DNA of 18,719 nucleotides. Source: Fidelibacterota bacterium. Lineage in GTDB: Bacteria; Fidelibacterota; Marinisomatia; Marinisomatales; TCS55. Positions 8,911 to 17,402 of the stretch are shown here, piece by piece. The position numbers were made by a program, and so were the translations under genes. Under the pieces are notes generated by a model. It worked only from the letters and a program-made list of their open reading frames with translations, searched no databases and was not told where the DNA came from. The DNA is taken from positions 1 to 18,719 of the forward strand of contig JAPNQO010000054.1 in the NCBI GenBank assembly GCA_027251445.1, read 5' to 3'. The stretch's first letter is position 1; the number at the start of each line of letters is the position of its first letter.

Positions 8911-10098
8911 TTGATTAAAGAAAACAATAATTTTGCAGAAGATTTAGCTAAAATAAAAGCTGAAGGATTATATAAAAATGAACGCACCATTACTACTCCG
9001 CAAGGTGTAACTATTAATACTGAGGAGCATGGTGATGCATTAAATTTTTGTTCTAATAATTACCTGGGATTATCAAATAATAATGAAATAAAAGAAGCTG
9101 CCAAAGATGCATTAGAAAAATATGGTTTTGGTATGTCTTCTGTGAGATTCATCTGCGGAACACAGGATATCCATAAAAAATTAGAAAGAAAAATATCTAA
9201 ATTTTTTGGTTCCGATGATACGATTCTTTACACATCATGTTTTGATGCAAACGGTGGGCTATTTGAAACATTATTGGGTTCAGATGATGCAATTATTTCT
9301 GATGAGTTAAACCATGCATCGATAATTGATGGTATACGACTTAGTAAAGCAAAACGATATCGATTTAAAAATAGAGATATGAATGATCTTGAATTAAAGC
9401 TAAGTGAAAGGAATGAATATCGTAATGTTATGATAGCAACAGATGGTGTTTTCTCCATGGATGGACATATAGCAAAAATAGATAAAATTGCAGAATTAGC
9501 TCAGCAGTATAATGCCATGGTTATGGTTGATGATTCACATGCTACAGGATTCATCGGAAAGACTGGTCGTGGGTCTGCTGAGTTTGGTGGAGTAATGGAT
9601 AAAGTGGATATTTGGACATCAACTCTAGGTAAAGCATTAGGAGGAGCATCAGGAGGATTTACTACAGGGAAACAAGAAATTATTGATCTATTAAGACAAA
9701 GATCACGTCCATATCTTTTTTCTAATACACTAGCTCCATCAATAGTTGCTGCAGGACTAAAAGCGTTTGAAATACTTTCTTCATCTACAGTTCTTCGAGA
9801 TAGATTAGAAAATAATACTAATTTTTTTAGAGATGAGATGACCAAAGCTGGTTTTGAAATTAAAGTTGGCACCCATCCAATCATTCCTGTAATGATTCAT
9901 GATGCAGTTTTAGCCCAGAAAATGGCTGAAATGTTAATTAAAAAAGGGATTTATGTAGTTGGCTTTTTTTATCCAGTTGTTCCAAAAGGTCAAGCAAGAA
10001 TTCGTGTGCAAATATCTGCAGAAATGGATATGCAACAACTCACAAAAGCGATATCAATATTCACTCAAGTGGGTCAAGAACTAAATATTATAAAATAA
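8911..10098 (+). CDS. kbl: 2-amino-3-ketobutyrate CoA ligase (glycine C-acetyltransferase)
   Basis: GLYKNER, NFCSNNYLGL, SVRFICGTQ, LNHASIIDG, DDSHA, STLGKALGGA (PLP Lys), LRQRSRPYLFSN. No early ATG; the start is TTG 8911 (1 nt after the tdh stop) or TTG 8896. Confidence 0.96.
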   Translation: MIKENNNFAEDLAKIKAEGLYKNERTITTPQGVTINTEEHGDALNFCSNNYLGLSNNNEIKEAAKDALEKYGFGMSSVRFICGTQDIHKKLERKISKFFGSDDTILYTSCFDANGGLFETLLGSDDAIISDELNHASIIDGIRLSKAKRYRFKNRDMNDLELKLSERNEYRNVMIATDGVFSMDGHIAKIDKIAELAQQYNAMVMVDDSHATGFIGKTGRGSAEFGGVMDKVDIWTSTLGKALGGASGGFTTGKQEIIDLLRQRSRPYLFSNTLAPSIVAAGLKAFEILSSSTVLRDRLENNTNFFRDEMTKAGFEIKVGTHPIIPVMIHDAVLAQKMAEMLIKKGIYVVGFFYPVVPKGQARIRVQISAEMDMQQLTKAISIFTQVGQELNIIK

Positions 10099-10115
10099 TA
10101 TTGAATAAATAAAAT

Positions 10116-10146
10116 TTGGCAGGTCAATATTATGCTCATTATATTC
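10116..10146 (+). promoter_or_regulatory. Putative housekeeping promoter for secDF
   Basis: TTGGCA (10116-10121), 18-nt spacer, TATATT (10140-10145), located in the kbl-secD intergenic region. Confidence 0.5.
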
Positions 10147-10181
10147 GCAGGCTTTTTTATTAGTAATGAAGTGAAATAATT

Positions 10182-12104
10182 ATGTCTAAAAACCTTACAC
10201 CTAGATATATAGTAATTGGATTAGTCCTGGCATGGGCGCTTATGACTCTATGGCCGTCAGTTAAGTATCAAATGCTTTCTCCTAGTGATATAGAAGAAAT
10301 GCGTGAAATGGGTACGCTTGAAAGCTTAGAGAATGATATCATAAAGCAAGGTTTAGATCTTAAGGGCGGTATATACATAGTTCTTGAGGTTGATCTTCCT
10401 ACTCTTGTTTCAACTCTGGCAATTAATAAAGATTCAAAATTTGAGAAAACATTATCTGATGTTCGAAAAAGTCTGGCAGAAAATACTCAACAAGATTTTT
10501 TCACTGTATTTGCTAATAGCGTTTCAACTAATGGACTTCGACTACCACGGTATTATGATGTGGACTATGGTGCAAAACCGGATGATATCCTTGCCAGTCT
10601 AAATGAGCAGGCTGATGATGCAATCAACCGCGTATTAGAAATACTACAAAACCGTGTAGACCAGTTTGGGGTTTCTGAACCAACTATTCAAAAACAAGGA
10701 AATAGAAGGATAATTGTTGAATTAGCTGGTATACAAGATTCTGATCGTGCCCGATCTCTGTTACAGAGTACAGCTCAATTGGAATTTTGTCTAGTAAAGT
10801 CTCCTGAGGTCACGAATGATATCTTATCACAGATCGATAATCTTGTACAAGATAATGAACAATTGGAGTCCCTAGTTGCTACAATTAATGAGGATTATGA
10901 AAGTGCAGATAGCGATGAACTTGGTGTTAGTGATGATAAAACAGTATCAATTAGTGAACTTTTTGGTGATGATGCAGAAATATCAAAAGATACAAGTGAC
11001 ACTTCCGTTGTAGTAGATCAAAATATATTTCAAGAACGTCCTTTCTCTTCTTTATTAAGAGCTCTTGGTAATGATATTGCGGTGCCAGAGAAAAACCTCT
11101 ATGCTGTTAAAAAAATTATTAATAGACAAGAAATCCTTGATAAACTTGCTTTAGGAAATGGTCAATTTCTGTTTGCTCCATCTGCTGAAAGTTTTTCTAC
11201 TAATGATGGTATAGATGAAAAACTAGTTAATATGTATTATTTAGAAAAAGATGCAGATTTAACTGGAGGTGTAATTGAAGAAGCAAATGCAACTATTGGA
11301 GGTCAAGGGACTAGCGCTGTTGGTCAACCAATAGTATTATTAGATATGAATAGTGAAGGTGCTAGAACTTGGTCAAGAATAACTGGGGCAAATATTGGCA
11401 GACGAATTGCAATTGTTTTAGATAAAAAAGTTCATATGGCTCCATCGATTCGTACAAAAATAAGTGACGGCGGTACCATGATCGAAGGATTTGCAGGCAT
11501 GGATGAAGCAAAAGATATTGCCATAGTACTTAGAGCAGGGGCCTTACCTGCACCTGTTAATATTATAGAAGAAAGAATTGTTGGACCATCACTTGGTGCA
11601 GACTCCGTTAAAAGAGGTACAAACTCTGTGTTGCTTGGTTTAGGCTTAATCATCGTTTTTATGTTCATTTATTATAAGTTATCAGGCTCAATCGCTAATT
11701 TTGCATTAATCTGGAACATATTACTTGTATTATCAGTTTTAGCTTCACTAGGAGCGACACTTACCCTTCCAGGAATTGCCGCTTTAATATTAACGGTTGG
11801 TATGTCAATTGATGCTAATGTTATCATTTTTGAAAGAATTCGAGAAGAACTTCGAAAAGGAAAATCCGTTCGATCAGCAATAGATGGCGGTTATAATCGT
11901 GCACTAACAACTATTATAGATGCAAATGTCACTACGCTAGTTGCAGCTCTGGTTCTTTATCAATTTGGTACAGGTCCTATAAGAGGTTTTGCCACAGTTT
12001 TATTCTGGGGAATTATAATTTCAATGTTTACAGCAATCTTTGTCACTCGTACTATTTTTAATTCGTTTGCTGATCGAAAAGGTTTAAAAAAACTAAGCAT
12101 ATGA
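10182..12104 (+). CDS. secD: Protein translocase subunit SecD
   Basis: GLDLKGG, NRVDQFGVSEPTIQ, LRAGALPAP, VGPSLG, TLTLPGIAALILTVGMSIDANVIIFERIREE, TIIDANVTT. Confidence 0.98.
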   Translation: MSKNLTPRYIVIGLVLAWALMTLWPSVKYQMLSPSDIEEMREMGTLESLENDIIKQGLDLKGGIYIVLEVDLPTLVSTLAINKDSKFEKTLSDVRKSLAENTQQDFFTVFANSVSTNGLRLPRYYDVDYGAKPDDILASLNEQADDAINRVLEILQNRVDQFGVSEPTIQKQGNRRIIVELAGIQDSDRARSLLQSTAQLEFCLVKSPEVTNDILSQIDNLVQDNEQLESLVATINEDYESADSDELGVSDDKTVSISELFGDDAEISKDTSDTSVVVDQNIFQERPFSSLLRALGNDIAVPEKNLYAVKKIINRQEILDKLALGNGQFLFAPSAESFSTNDGIDEKLVNMYYLEKDADLTGGVIEEANATIGGQGTSAVGQPIVLLDMNSEGARTWSRITGANIGRRIAIVLDKKVHMAPSIRTKISDGGTMIEGFAGMDEAKDIAIVLRAGALPAPVNIIEERIVGPSLGADSVKRGTNSVLLGLGLIIVFMFIYYKLSGSIANFALIWNILLVLSVLASLGATLTLPGIAALILTVGMSIDANVIIFERIREELRKGKSVRSAIDGGYNRALTTIIDANVTTLVAALVLYQFGTGPIRGFATVLFWGIIISMFTAIFVTRTIFNSFADRKGLKKLSI

Positions 12105-13027
12105 GAATAATTAAAGACACAAATATTCAATTTATGTCTCAATATAAATTGGGTGCTTTTTTATCGGGAGCAGTAATTATTTTAGGTATTATATCGCTAA
12201 TTTTAGCTGGCGGTCCCTTATTAAGTATTGATTTTAAAGGGGGGACTCTTATAGCTGTCCACTTTGAAGAACCTGTTGATGTAAATGAATTTAGATCTGC
12301 AATGAGTAATGTAAATATTGAAGGGCAATCTTTTGATTTTAGTAAAGCTGAAATTAAGCTATTTGGCAGTCCCCAGGATATCTCTGTACGTATTCCACAT
12401 TTGGATCAAGAACCAGAAAACTTTGCTCAAAAAATTGTTTCTCATTTAAGAAATTCTTTCTCAAGCAAAGTATCTGATACCGATTCTGATTTTATCTTAT
12501 CAATTGAAAAAGTAGGTCCTAAAATTGGAGCAGAGTTAAGTAATAAAGCTATTTTAGCCATTGTTTCTGCATTAGGATTAATCCTATTCTATATTTCGAT
12601 TCGTTTTGAGTTCAACTTTGCTCTAGGCGCAATTGCAGCTCTAACTCATGATGTATTTGTTACCTTAGGGATTTTTTCTATTATGGGTTATGAGATTTCT
12701 TTACCAATTATTGCTGCATTTCTCACTATTGTTGGATATTCATTAAATGATACGATTGTAATTTTTGATCGTATAAGAGAAAATATTAAATCTTTAAAAA
12801 GATTAAGCTATACAGAAGTAATTGATAAAAGTATTAATGACTCTTTAAGTAGAACAATTGTTACTTCTATTACAACTTTCATTGTAGTTCTTATACTATG
12901 GCTTTTTGGCGGAGAAGTAATTAATCTTTTTGCATTTGCTATGATGATTGGTGTAATTGTTGGAACCTATTCTAGTATTTTTGTTGCATGCCCATTAGTA
13001 CTTCGATTACACGCAAGAAATAAATAA
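12101..13027 (+). CDS. secF: Protein translocase subunit SecF
   Basis: IDFKGGT, VGPKIGAEL, YISIRFE, HDV, GYSLNDTIVIFDRIREN, LSRTIVTS, GTYSSIFVA; ATGA overlap with secD. Confidence 0.98.
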   Translation: MRIIKDTNIQFMSQYKLGAFLSGAVIILGIISLILAGGPLLSIDFKGGTLIAVHFEEPVDVNEFRSAMSNVNIEGQSFDFSKAEIKLFGSPQDISVRIPHLDQEPENFAQKIVSHLRNSFSSKVSDTDSDFILSIEKVGPKIGAELSNKAILAIVSALGLILFYISIRFEFNFALGAIAALTHDVFVTLGIFSIMGYEISLPIIAAFLTIVGYSLNDTIVIFDRIRENIKSLKRLSYTEVIDKSINDSLSRTIVTSITTFIVVLILWLFGGEVINLFAFAMMIGVIVGTYSSIFVACPLVLRLHARNK

Positions 13028-13071
13028 TCTTTCCTTATCATCCGTTTTACTTTTTATTAATATAGTAGCCT

Positions 13072-13563
13072 ATGTTGTATTATAGTATAATATCTTCCCC
13101 TATTGGCAAACTATGTATAGTAAAATCAGATATAGGGGTCCAAAGAATACTTTTCTCAAACAATATTCCATTTGAACAATATTTACATAATAATTTTTCT
13201 CAAGAAAAAGTAGTGTGTGATGATTCCGAATTAAAAAAAGCTGCTAATCAAATACATGAATATTTTGATTTATCTAGAAAGAAATTCTCTTTAGATATAG
13301 ATATCCAATTATCATCATATTATAGTAAAGTTTTAAAAAAAGTAGAAAGTATTCCATATGGAAAAACGTCTTCTTATAAATCAATTGCAATTAAAACTGG
13401 AAATGCAAATGCTTCAAGAGCAGTAGGAAATGCAAATGCTAATAACCCCTTACCAATAATAATACCATGCCATCGTGTAATTGCAAATGATGGCAATATT
13501 GGTGGATATGGTGGTGGCTTAAAAACAAAGCGATTTCTATTAGAATTGGAAGGTGCCTTATAG
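13072..13563 (+). CDS. ogt: Methylated-DNA--protein-cysteine methyltransferase
   Basis: IPYGKT.SY, RAVG.AN..NP.PIIIPCHRVI (active-site Cys), GGYGGG...K..LLELE. Confidence 0.95.
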   Translation: MLYYSIISSPIGKLCIVKSDIGVQRILFSNNIPFEQYLHNNFSQEKVVCDDSELKKAANQIHEYFDLSRKKFSLDIDIQLSSYYSKVLKKVESIPYGKTSSYKSIAIKTGNANASRAVGNANANNPLPIIIPCHRVIANDGNIGGYGGGLKTKRFLLELEGAL

Positions 13564-13585
13564 TTAGATTCAAACCATAATAATT

Positions 13586-14176
13586 ATGTGGGCATTTTTT
13601 AAACGAATAACATTTGCTGGCATATTTGCAATCGTGCCAATTGCTCTAACCTTTTATATAATTAAGATAATTATTGTTTTTCTTAATCAATTGACTGCAC
13701 CATTTCTTGAAAGAGTACAGTTAGAGATACCAGGGTTAGGAGTAGTACTTACGATTTTGATTATATTTGCACTTGGTATTTTTGTGACGAATGTGTTAGG
13801 TAGAAAATTATTTTCTTGGGCAGAAAGATTAATATCATCTATACCTTTAGTAAAAAATATTTATAGTACAATTAAACAAATTACTAATGCCTTTTCTGGA
13901 GCAGTAAATACAGATAATTACCAACGAGTAATTTATATACAATACCCTCGCCCAGATTTATGGACTATAAGTTTTGTAACTGGTGAAAGCGTAGACAAAT
14001 CTGGAGTAAGATATTATCATGTTTTTGTTCCCACGACTCCAAATCCAACATCGGGAGTATTTATCATAATACCCCAAGATGATGCTGTAGATGCTGAAAT
14101 GACTGTTGAAGAAGGTCTAAAGGCAGTTATCTCAGGTGGTTTGCTTGCTCCTAAGAGAAGTCCAATAGGCTCCTAG
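13586..14176 (+). CDS. DUF502 family membrane protein
   Basis: Two N-terminal TMs, IPLVKNIYSTIKQI, VFVPTTPNPTSG and MTVEEGLKAVISGG signature motifs. Confidence 0.92.
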   Translation: MWAFFKRITFAGIFAIVPIALTFYIIKIIIVFLNQLTAPFLERVQLEIPGLGVVLTILIIFALGIFVTNVLGRKLFSWAERLISSIPLVKNIYSTIKQITNAFSGAVNTDNYQRVIYIQYPRPDLWTISFVTGESVDKSGVRYYHVFVPTTPNPTSGVFIIIPQDDAVDAEMTVEEGLKAVISGGLLAPKRSPIGS

Positions 14177-14181
14177 CTTCT

Positions 14182-14211
14182 TTGAAGCATTATCCACTTT
14201 ATTATTATAAT
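14182..14211 (+). promoter_or_regulatory. Putative promoter for plsY
   Basis: TTGAAG (14182-14187), 18-nt spacer, TATAAT (14206-14211), 16 nt before the ATG. The AT-rich context limits certainty. Confidence 0.4.
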
Positions 14212-14227
14212 AGATAAATAAATACTT

Positions 14228-14881
14228 ATGGAATTAATCATACTATTAATTATTAGTTATTTAACAGGTTCACTGCCTTCTAGTATTATTATTTCCAGAG
14301 TAGCTAAAAATATTGATATCAGAGACCATGGTAGTGGAAATGCTGGTGCAACAAATGTCTATCGTGTGTTAGGGTGGAAATATGCTCTTATTGTATTATT
14401 CTTAGATATATTTAAAGCTTGGCTTCCAACAGCAATATATGCTACAAAAATATTTCAAGGTATTTCAATACCCGATATAGGATTTATACAAATATTATGC
14501 GGTTTTTCTGCAGTCTTTGGACATACGTATCCTATTTTTGCAGGATTCAAAGGCGGAAAGGGTGTAGGATCATTAATTGGTGTATTACTAGCATTATTTC
14601 CTATTGTGTTTCCATTATGTTTATTAGTTGGCATTATTGTAATTACGAATACGGGTTATGTATCTCTTGGATCAATTTTTGCAGCGATTTCTCTACCAAT
14701 TATAATACTTATATCGCCGGGACTTGGTATTATCACTCCAGACTTATCTTTAATTGTATTTAGCCTACTTGTTCCTTGGTTCGTTATTTATACTCATCGT
14801 AGTAACATAAGTAGAATACGAAATGGAACAGAAAATCGTTTTGATAAAGCGATTATTTTCAAAAAGAAAAGTGTAGACTAA
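14228..14881 (+). CDS. plsY: Glycerol-3-phosphate 1-O-acyltransferase PlsY
   Basis: DIRDHGSGNAGATNVYR, GHTYPIFAGFKGGKGV, YVSLGSI and HRSNISR...GTE motifs. Confidence 0.97.
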   Translation: MELIILLIISYLTGSLPSSIIISRVAKNIDIRDHGSGNAGATNVYRVLGWKYALIVLFLDIFKAWLPTAIYATKIFQGISIPDIGFIQILCGFSAVFGHTYPIFAGFKGGKGVGSLIGVLLALFPIVFPLCLLVGIIVITNTGYVSLGSIFAAISLPIIILISPGLGIITPDLSLIVFSLLVPWFVIYTHRSNISRIRNGTENRFDKAIIFKKKSVD

Positions 14882-16158
14882 AACTTTTGACCAAATGCCA
14901 AGTGTAATGCTTGATCAATAAAACTTCCATCCCTATAGCCCCAACCATAATCTATTCCAACTGTTCCAATCATAGGAAATGGAACTCGAAATCCAATGCC
15001 CGTGCCAATCATGGGTGATTCATTAAATAAGTCTTTGTTATTTCTTGAAGTATACCCTATATCAAAGAATCCTATTAGAGTTAAACCATACTCCTGTTTC
15101 CAATCCATAAGTTGAGTTTTAAATACTTTTGTTGGGATAATAGTTTGTCTTAATTCTGTAGAGAAAACTGCTGAATGATTTCCAAATCTAAATTGTTTAT
15201 CAACATTTGAATAAATAGATTGATTGGGTATTGACCAACCTCGAACATTTTGAGCTCCGCCTAGCCATGTAACAAAGACTTCATCTATATCACCAAAACT
15301 TGTTAAAAATGAAAAGTTAAAGCCCGCTGTCAATTTTTTTAAAGATGTATTCAAAGTATGGTATAGGCTATAGGACTGGACCCACCATAGATTATTTTTA
15401 TCTTTTTCCAGATCAAGTATACTAAAAAACCCTTGAGCAATTAATACCCCCTTACTTGGATCGCGATATACATCTCTTGTATCATAGAGGTAGCTGCCCA
15501 TAGGATTTATTGATAAATATTCTAATGTATCTATTCTACCTGTAAATGTTTTCTTTTCTAATTCAAATCCAATACTAGCCTTATGTTTATACCCAAAATA
15601 TCGTCCCACAATAATTTCTGATGTAATAGTATTCTGTTCATAATCCAGGAAAGGATGATTAGTATTACTCTGACCTGTCATTATTCGTAATGATACATGA
15701 TCTCCCATTATCCACGGATTATTAAATGATAAAAAATATGATTCACGAGCGCCTGTAGATCCTGCTATAGTTAAATTTTCATTCTTTCCCCTAAAGTTCC
15801 TTACCATTAACATTCCACCAAACGACCAGCCATATTCTTCCTCATAAGCCGGACTGGCAGCCGGTAGTATTCTTAGAGAAGATTCAATAAGGTTATACTG
15901 TAAGATTATAGTTAAGTCTTCTAAAGGAACTATCGTCCATGAAACATCAGCAAAAATTCCCAAGTTTAATAAACGATCCTTATCCTCATTTGCTAAAGAG
16001 CTATCTAATGGAACATCAAGGAGATGTTGGATTTCTCTTTCAATAATATAATCCTTGGTAATTTTATGACCTTTAAATTCGATTGATGAAACGATAGGCT
16101 GATTATTAGCCCAGATCGATGATACAAATATTAATATTAAAAATAATTTATATAACAT
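14878..16158 (-). CDS. Omp85 (BamA/TamA superfamily) outer-membrane protein with a single POTRA domain
   Basis: Signal peptide; POTRA (IEFKGHKITKDYIIEREI...RLLNLGIFADV); NFRGKNE barrel start; YDTRD...PSKG; LGG...VRGW loop-6 motif; GIGFR; C-terminal FGQKF beta-signal. Its stop overlaps the plsY stop (CTAA). Confidence 0.88.
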   Translation of the reverse strand: MLYKLFLILIFVSSIWANNQPIVSSIEFKGHKITKDYIIEREIQHLLDVPLDSSLANEDKDRLLNLGIFADVSWTIVPLEDLTIILQYNLIESSLRILPAASPAYEEEYGWSFGGMLMVRNFRGKNENLTIAGSTGARESYFLSFNNPWIMGDHVSLRIMTGQSNTNHPFLDYEQNTITSEIIVGRYFGYKHKASIGFELEKKTFTGRIDTLEYLSINPMGSYLYDTRDVYRDPSKGVLIAQGFFSILDLEKDKNNLWWVQSYSLYHTLNTSLKKLTAGFNFSFLTSFGDIDEVFVTWLGGAQNVRGWSIPNQSIYSNVDKQFRFGNHSAVFSTELRQTIIPTKVFKTQLMDWKQEYGLTLIGFFDIGYTSRNNKDLFNESPMIGTGIGFRVPFPMIGTVGIDYGWGYRDGSFIDQALHLAFGQKF

Positions 16159-16199
16159 AATGGATCGACCTCATATTATAGTTGGGTCGATTAGGTATT

Positions 16200-16976
16200 T
16201 TAGAGGTCGAAACTCTCCATGAGTTGCATTTTCTTATATTCGATACCTTGTTCAGAATATACATGCTCAATAGCATCTCGTAGGTCTTGTTCTACAACTA
16301 ATCCACGTAAATTTATAGCAAGATTCCAATCATCCAGAATCCGAACATTCATTTCTGTAGCACCATCTAAATAACGATGCCAAGTACCATCAAATTCTCC
16401 TGGCGGACCATAGGTCATCATTATTTTATGTTGTAAAACATCTTCCGTAGTTACTTGAGGAAAGCCAATATCTTTAAGCTCGACTGTTTTATGAACACTT
16501 TCAAGTTTATAGTGCGAAGCTTCAATATTTGTTATACTATAAATAAAATCAATATTTATAAATCGAAGTTCAATTCTTTCAATAGTTAAGCGTGTTGTAT
16601 ACTCATACATCATTTTTGCACGCCTTACTGGTATACGAAACCCTGATTTTAATGTTAAAGGATCATCCCAAAACTCAGCAACAGATAATGAATCAGGAAA
16701 ATATCCCATAACAGCAGATAAACTAGAATTCCAATCAGAGATAGGTTCCCGTGCAAGCACCCATCCATTAGGCAACGGTTTAATAAAGCCGTCAAGCAGT
16801 AACGGATCAGATTCGGCAACTTTTTCTTTTCTATTTTCTTTAGGAAGTTTTCTTACTTCAGCAGGAATGGAAGTAATGATATCTCTAATATCACGATCCC
16901 GATTAAGTAATTTTGGTCGTAAACCAGTACAACTGGTTAAAAATAATATTAGGGATAAGATTGTTACACGCATCAT
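16200..16976 (-). CDS. Hypothetical lipoprotein
   Basis: 258-aa ORF filling the space between neighbours; MMRVTILSLILFLTS-C lipobox; no family recognised. Confidence 0.75.
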   Translation of the reverse strand: MMRVTILSLILFLTSCTGLRPKLLNRDRDIRDIITSIPAEVRKLPKENRKEKVAESDPLLLDGFIKPLPNGWVLAREPISDWNSSLSAVMGYFPDSLSVAEFWDDPLTLKSGFRIPVRRAKMMYEYTTRLTIERIELRFINIDFIYSITNIEASHYKLESVHKTVELKDIGFPQVTTEDVLQHKIMMTYGPPGEFDGTWHRYLDGATEMNVRILDDWNLAINLRGLVVEQDLRDAIEHVYSEQGIEYKKMQLMESFDL

Positions 16977-17066
16977 GGTTGTAAAATTTATTACATTAAG
17001 AAATCATCATGAAGTTTTTTTTTATATAGTTTAAAGAAGTGCATTTTCAAATTATAAACAATTAGT

Positions 17067-17100
17067 AAAAAAAAAGCCTCAAAATACTTTGAGGCTTTTT
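17067..17100 (-). terminator. Rho-independent terminator (potentially bidirectional) downstream of the 75-aa gene
   Basis: Perfect 13-bp inverted repeat AAAAAGCCTCAAA-atac-TTTGAGGCTTTTT; U9 tract on the minus strand (A run 17067-17075); 20 nt after the stop at 17121. Confidence 0.9.
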
Positions 17101-17120
17101 CTCAAAATCTGGTCAAGAAT

Positions 17121-17348
17121 CTATTTACGACCCCGAGCCATTTTTGCACGTGCAACATCACCGTTTTTATCGATGAAATAAAGATAGCCAGATTCACGAC
17201 TTACGCCTGCATCAGCTACTTTTTCTGCATTGCCGCCACCTTTACCAGCGCGGGCCATTTTAGAACGCCATACGTTCCCATCTTTACCGAGGTAATATAG
17301 GTAACCACTTTCTTTTTGTACTCCACATGCTTTTACTGTTTCTGCCAT
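17121..17348 (-). CDS. Small basic protein with two tandem ~32-aa repeats; function unknown
   Basis: AAGGAG RBS 6 nt upstream, own promoter and terminator, internal duplication (ESGYLY...K.G.V.R.KMAR twice). Confidence 0.93.
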   Translation of the reverse strand: MAETVKACGVQKESGYLYYLGKDGNVWRSKMARAGKGGGNAEKVADAGVSRESGYLYFIDKNGDVARAKMARGRK

Positions 17349-17402
17349 GGATAACTCCTTTGTTTTAGTTAAAAACTATATAAGAACTAAGTCTCCTCGG
17401 TG

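Noticed and set aside
8077..9884. Track ORFs 8077-8367, 9228-9458 and 9501-9884 (all minus strand)
   Set aside because: Antisense shadows of tdh and kbl.
10384..14763. Track ORFs 10384-10602(+), 11432-11668(-), 11960-12142(-) and 14419-14763(+)
   Set aside because: Nested in secD, secF or plsY in alternative frames; compositions typical of shadow ORFs.
17121..17348. Assignment of the 75-aa protein to archaeal CC1/Cren7/Sul7d or to a ribosomal protein
   Set aside because: It shares only size, basicity and probable beta structure; I cannot align it to those families from the sequence, so no name is given.
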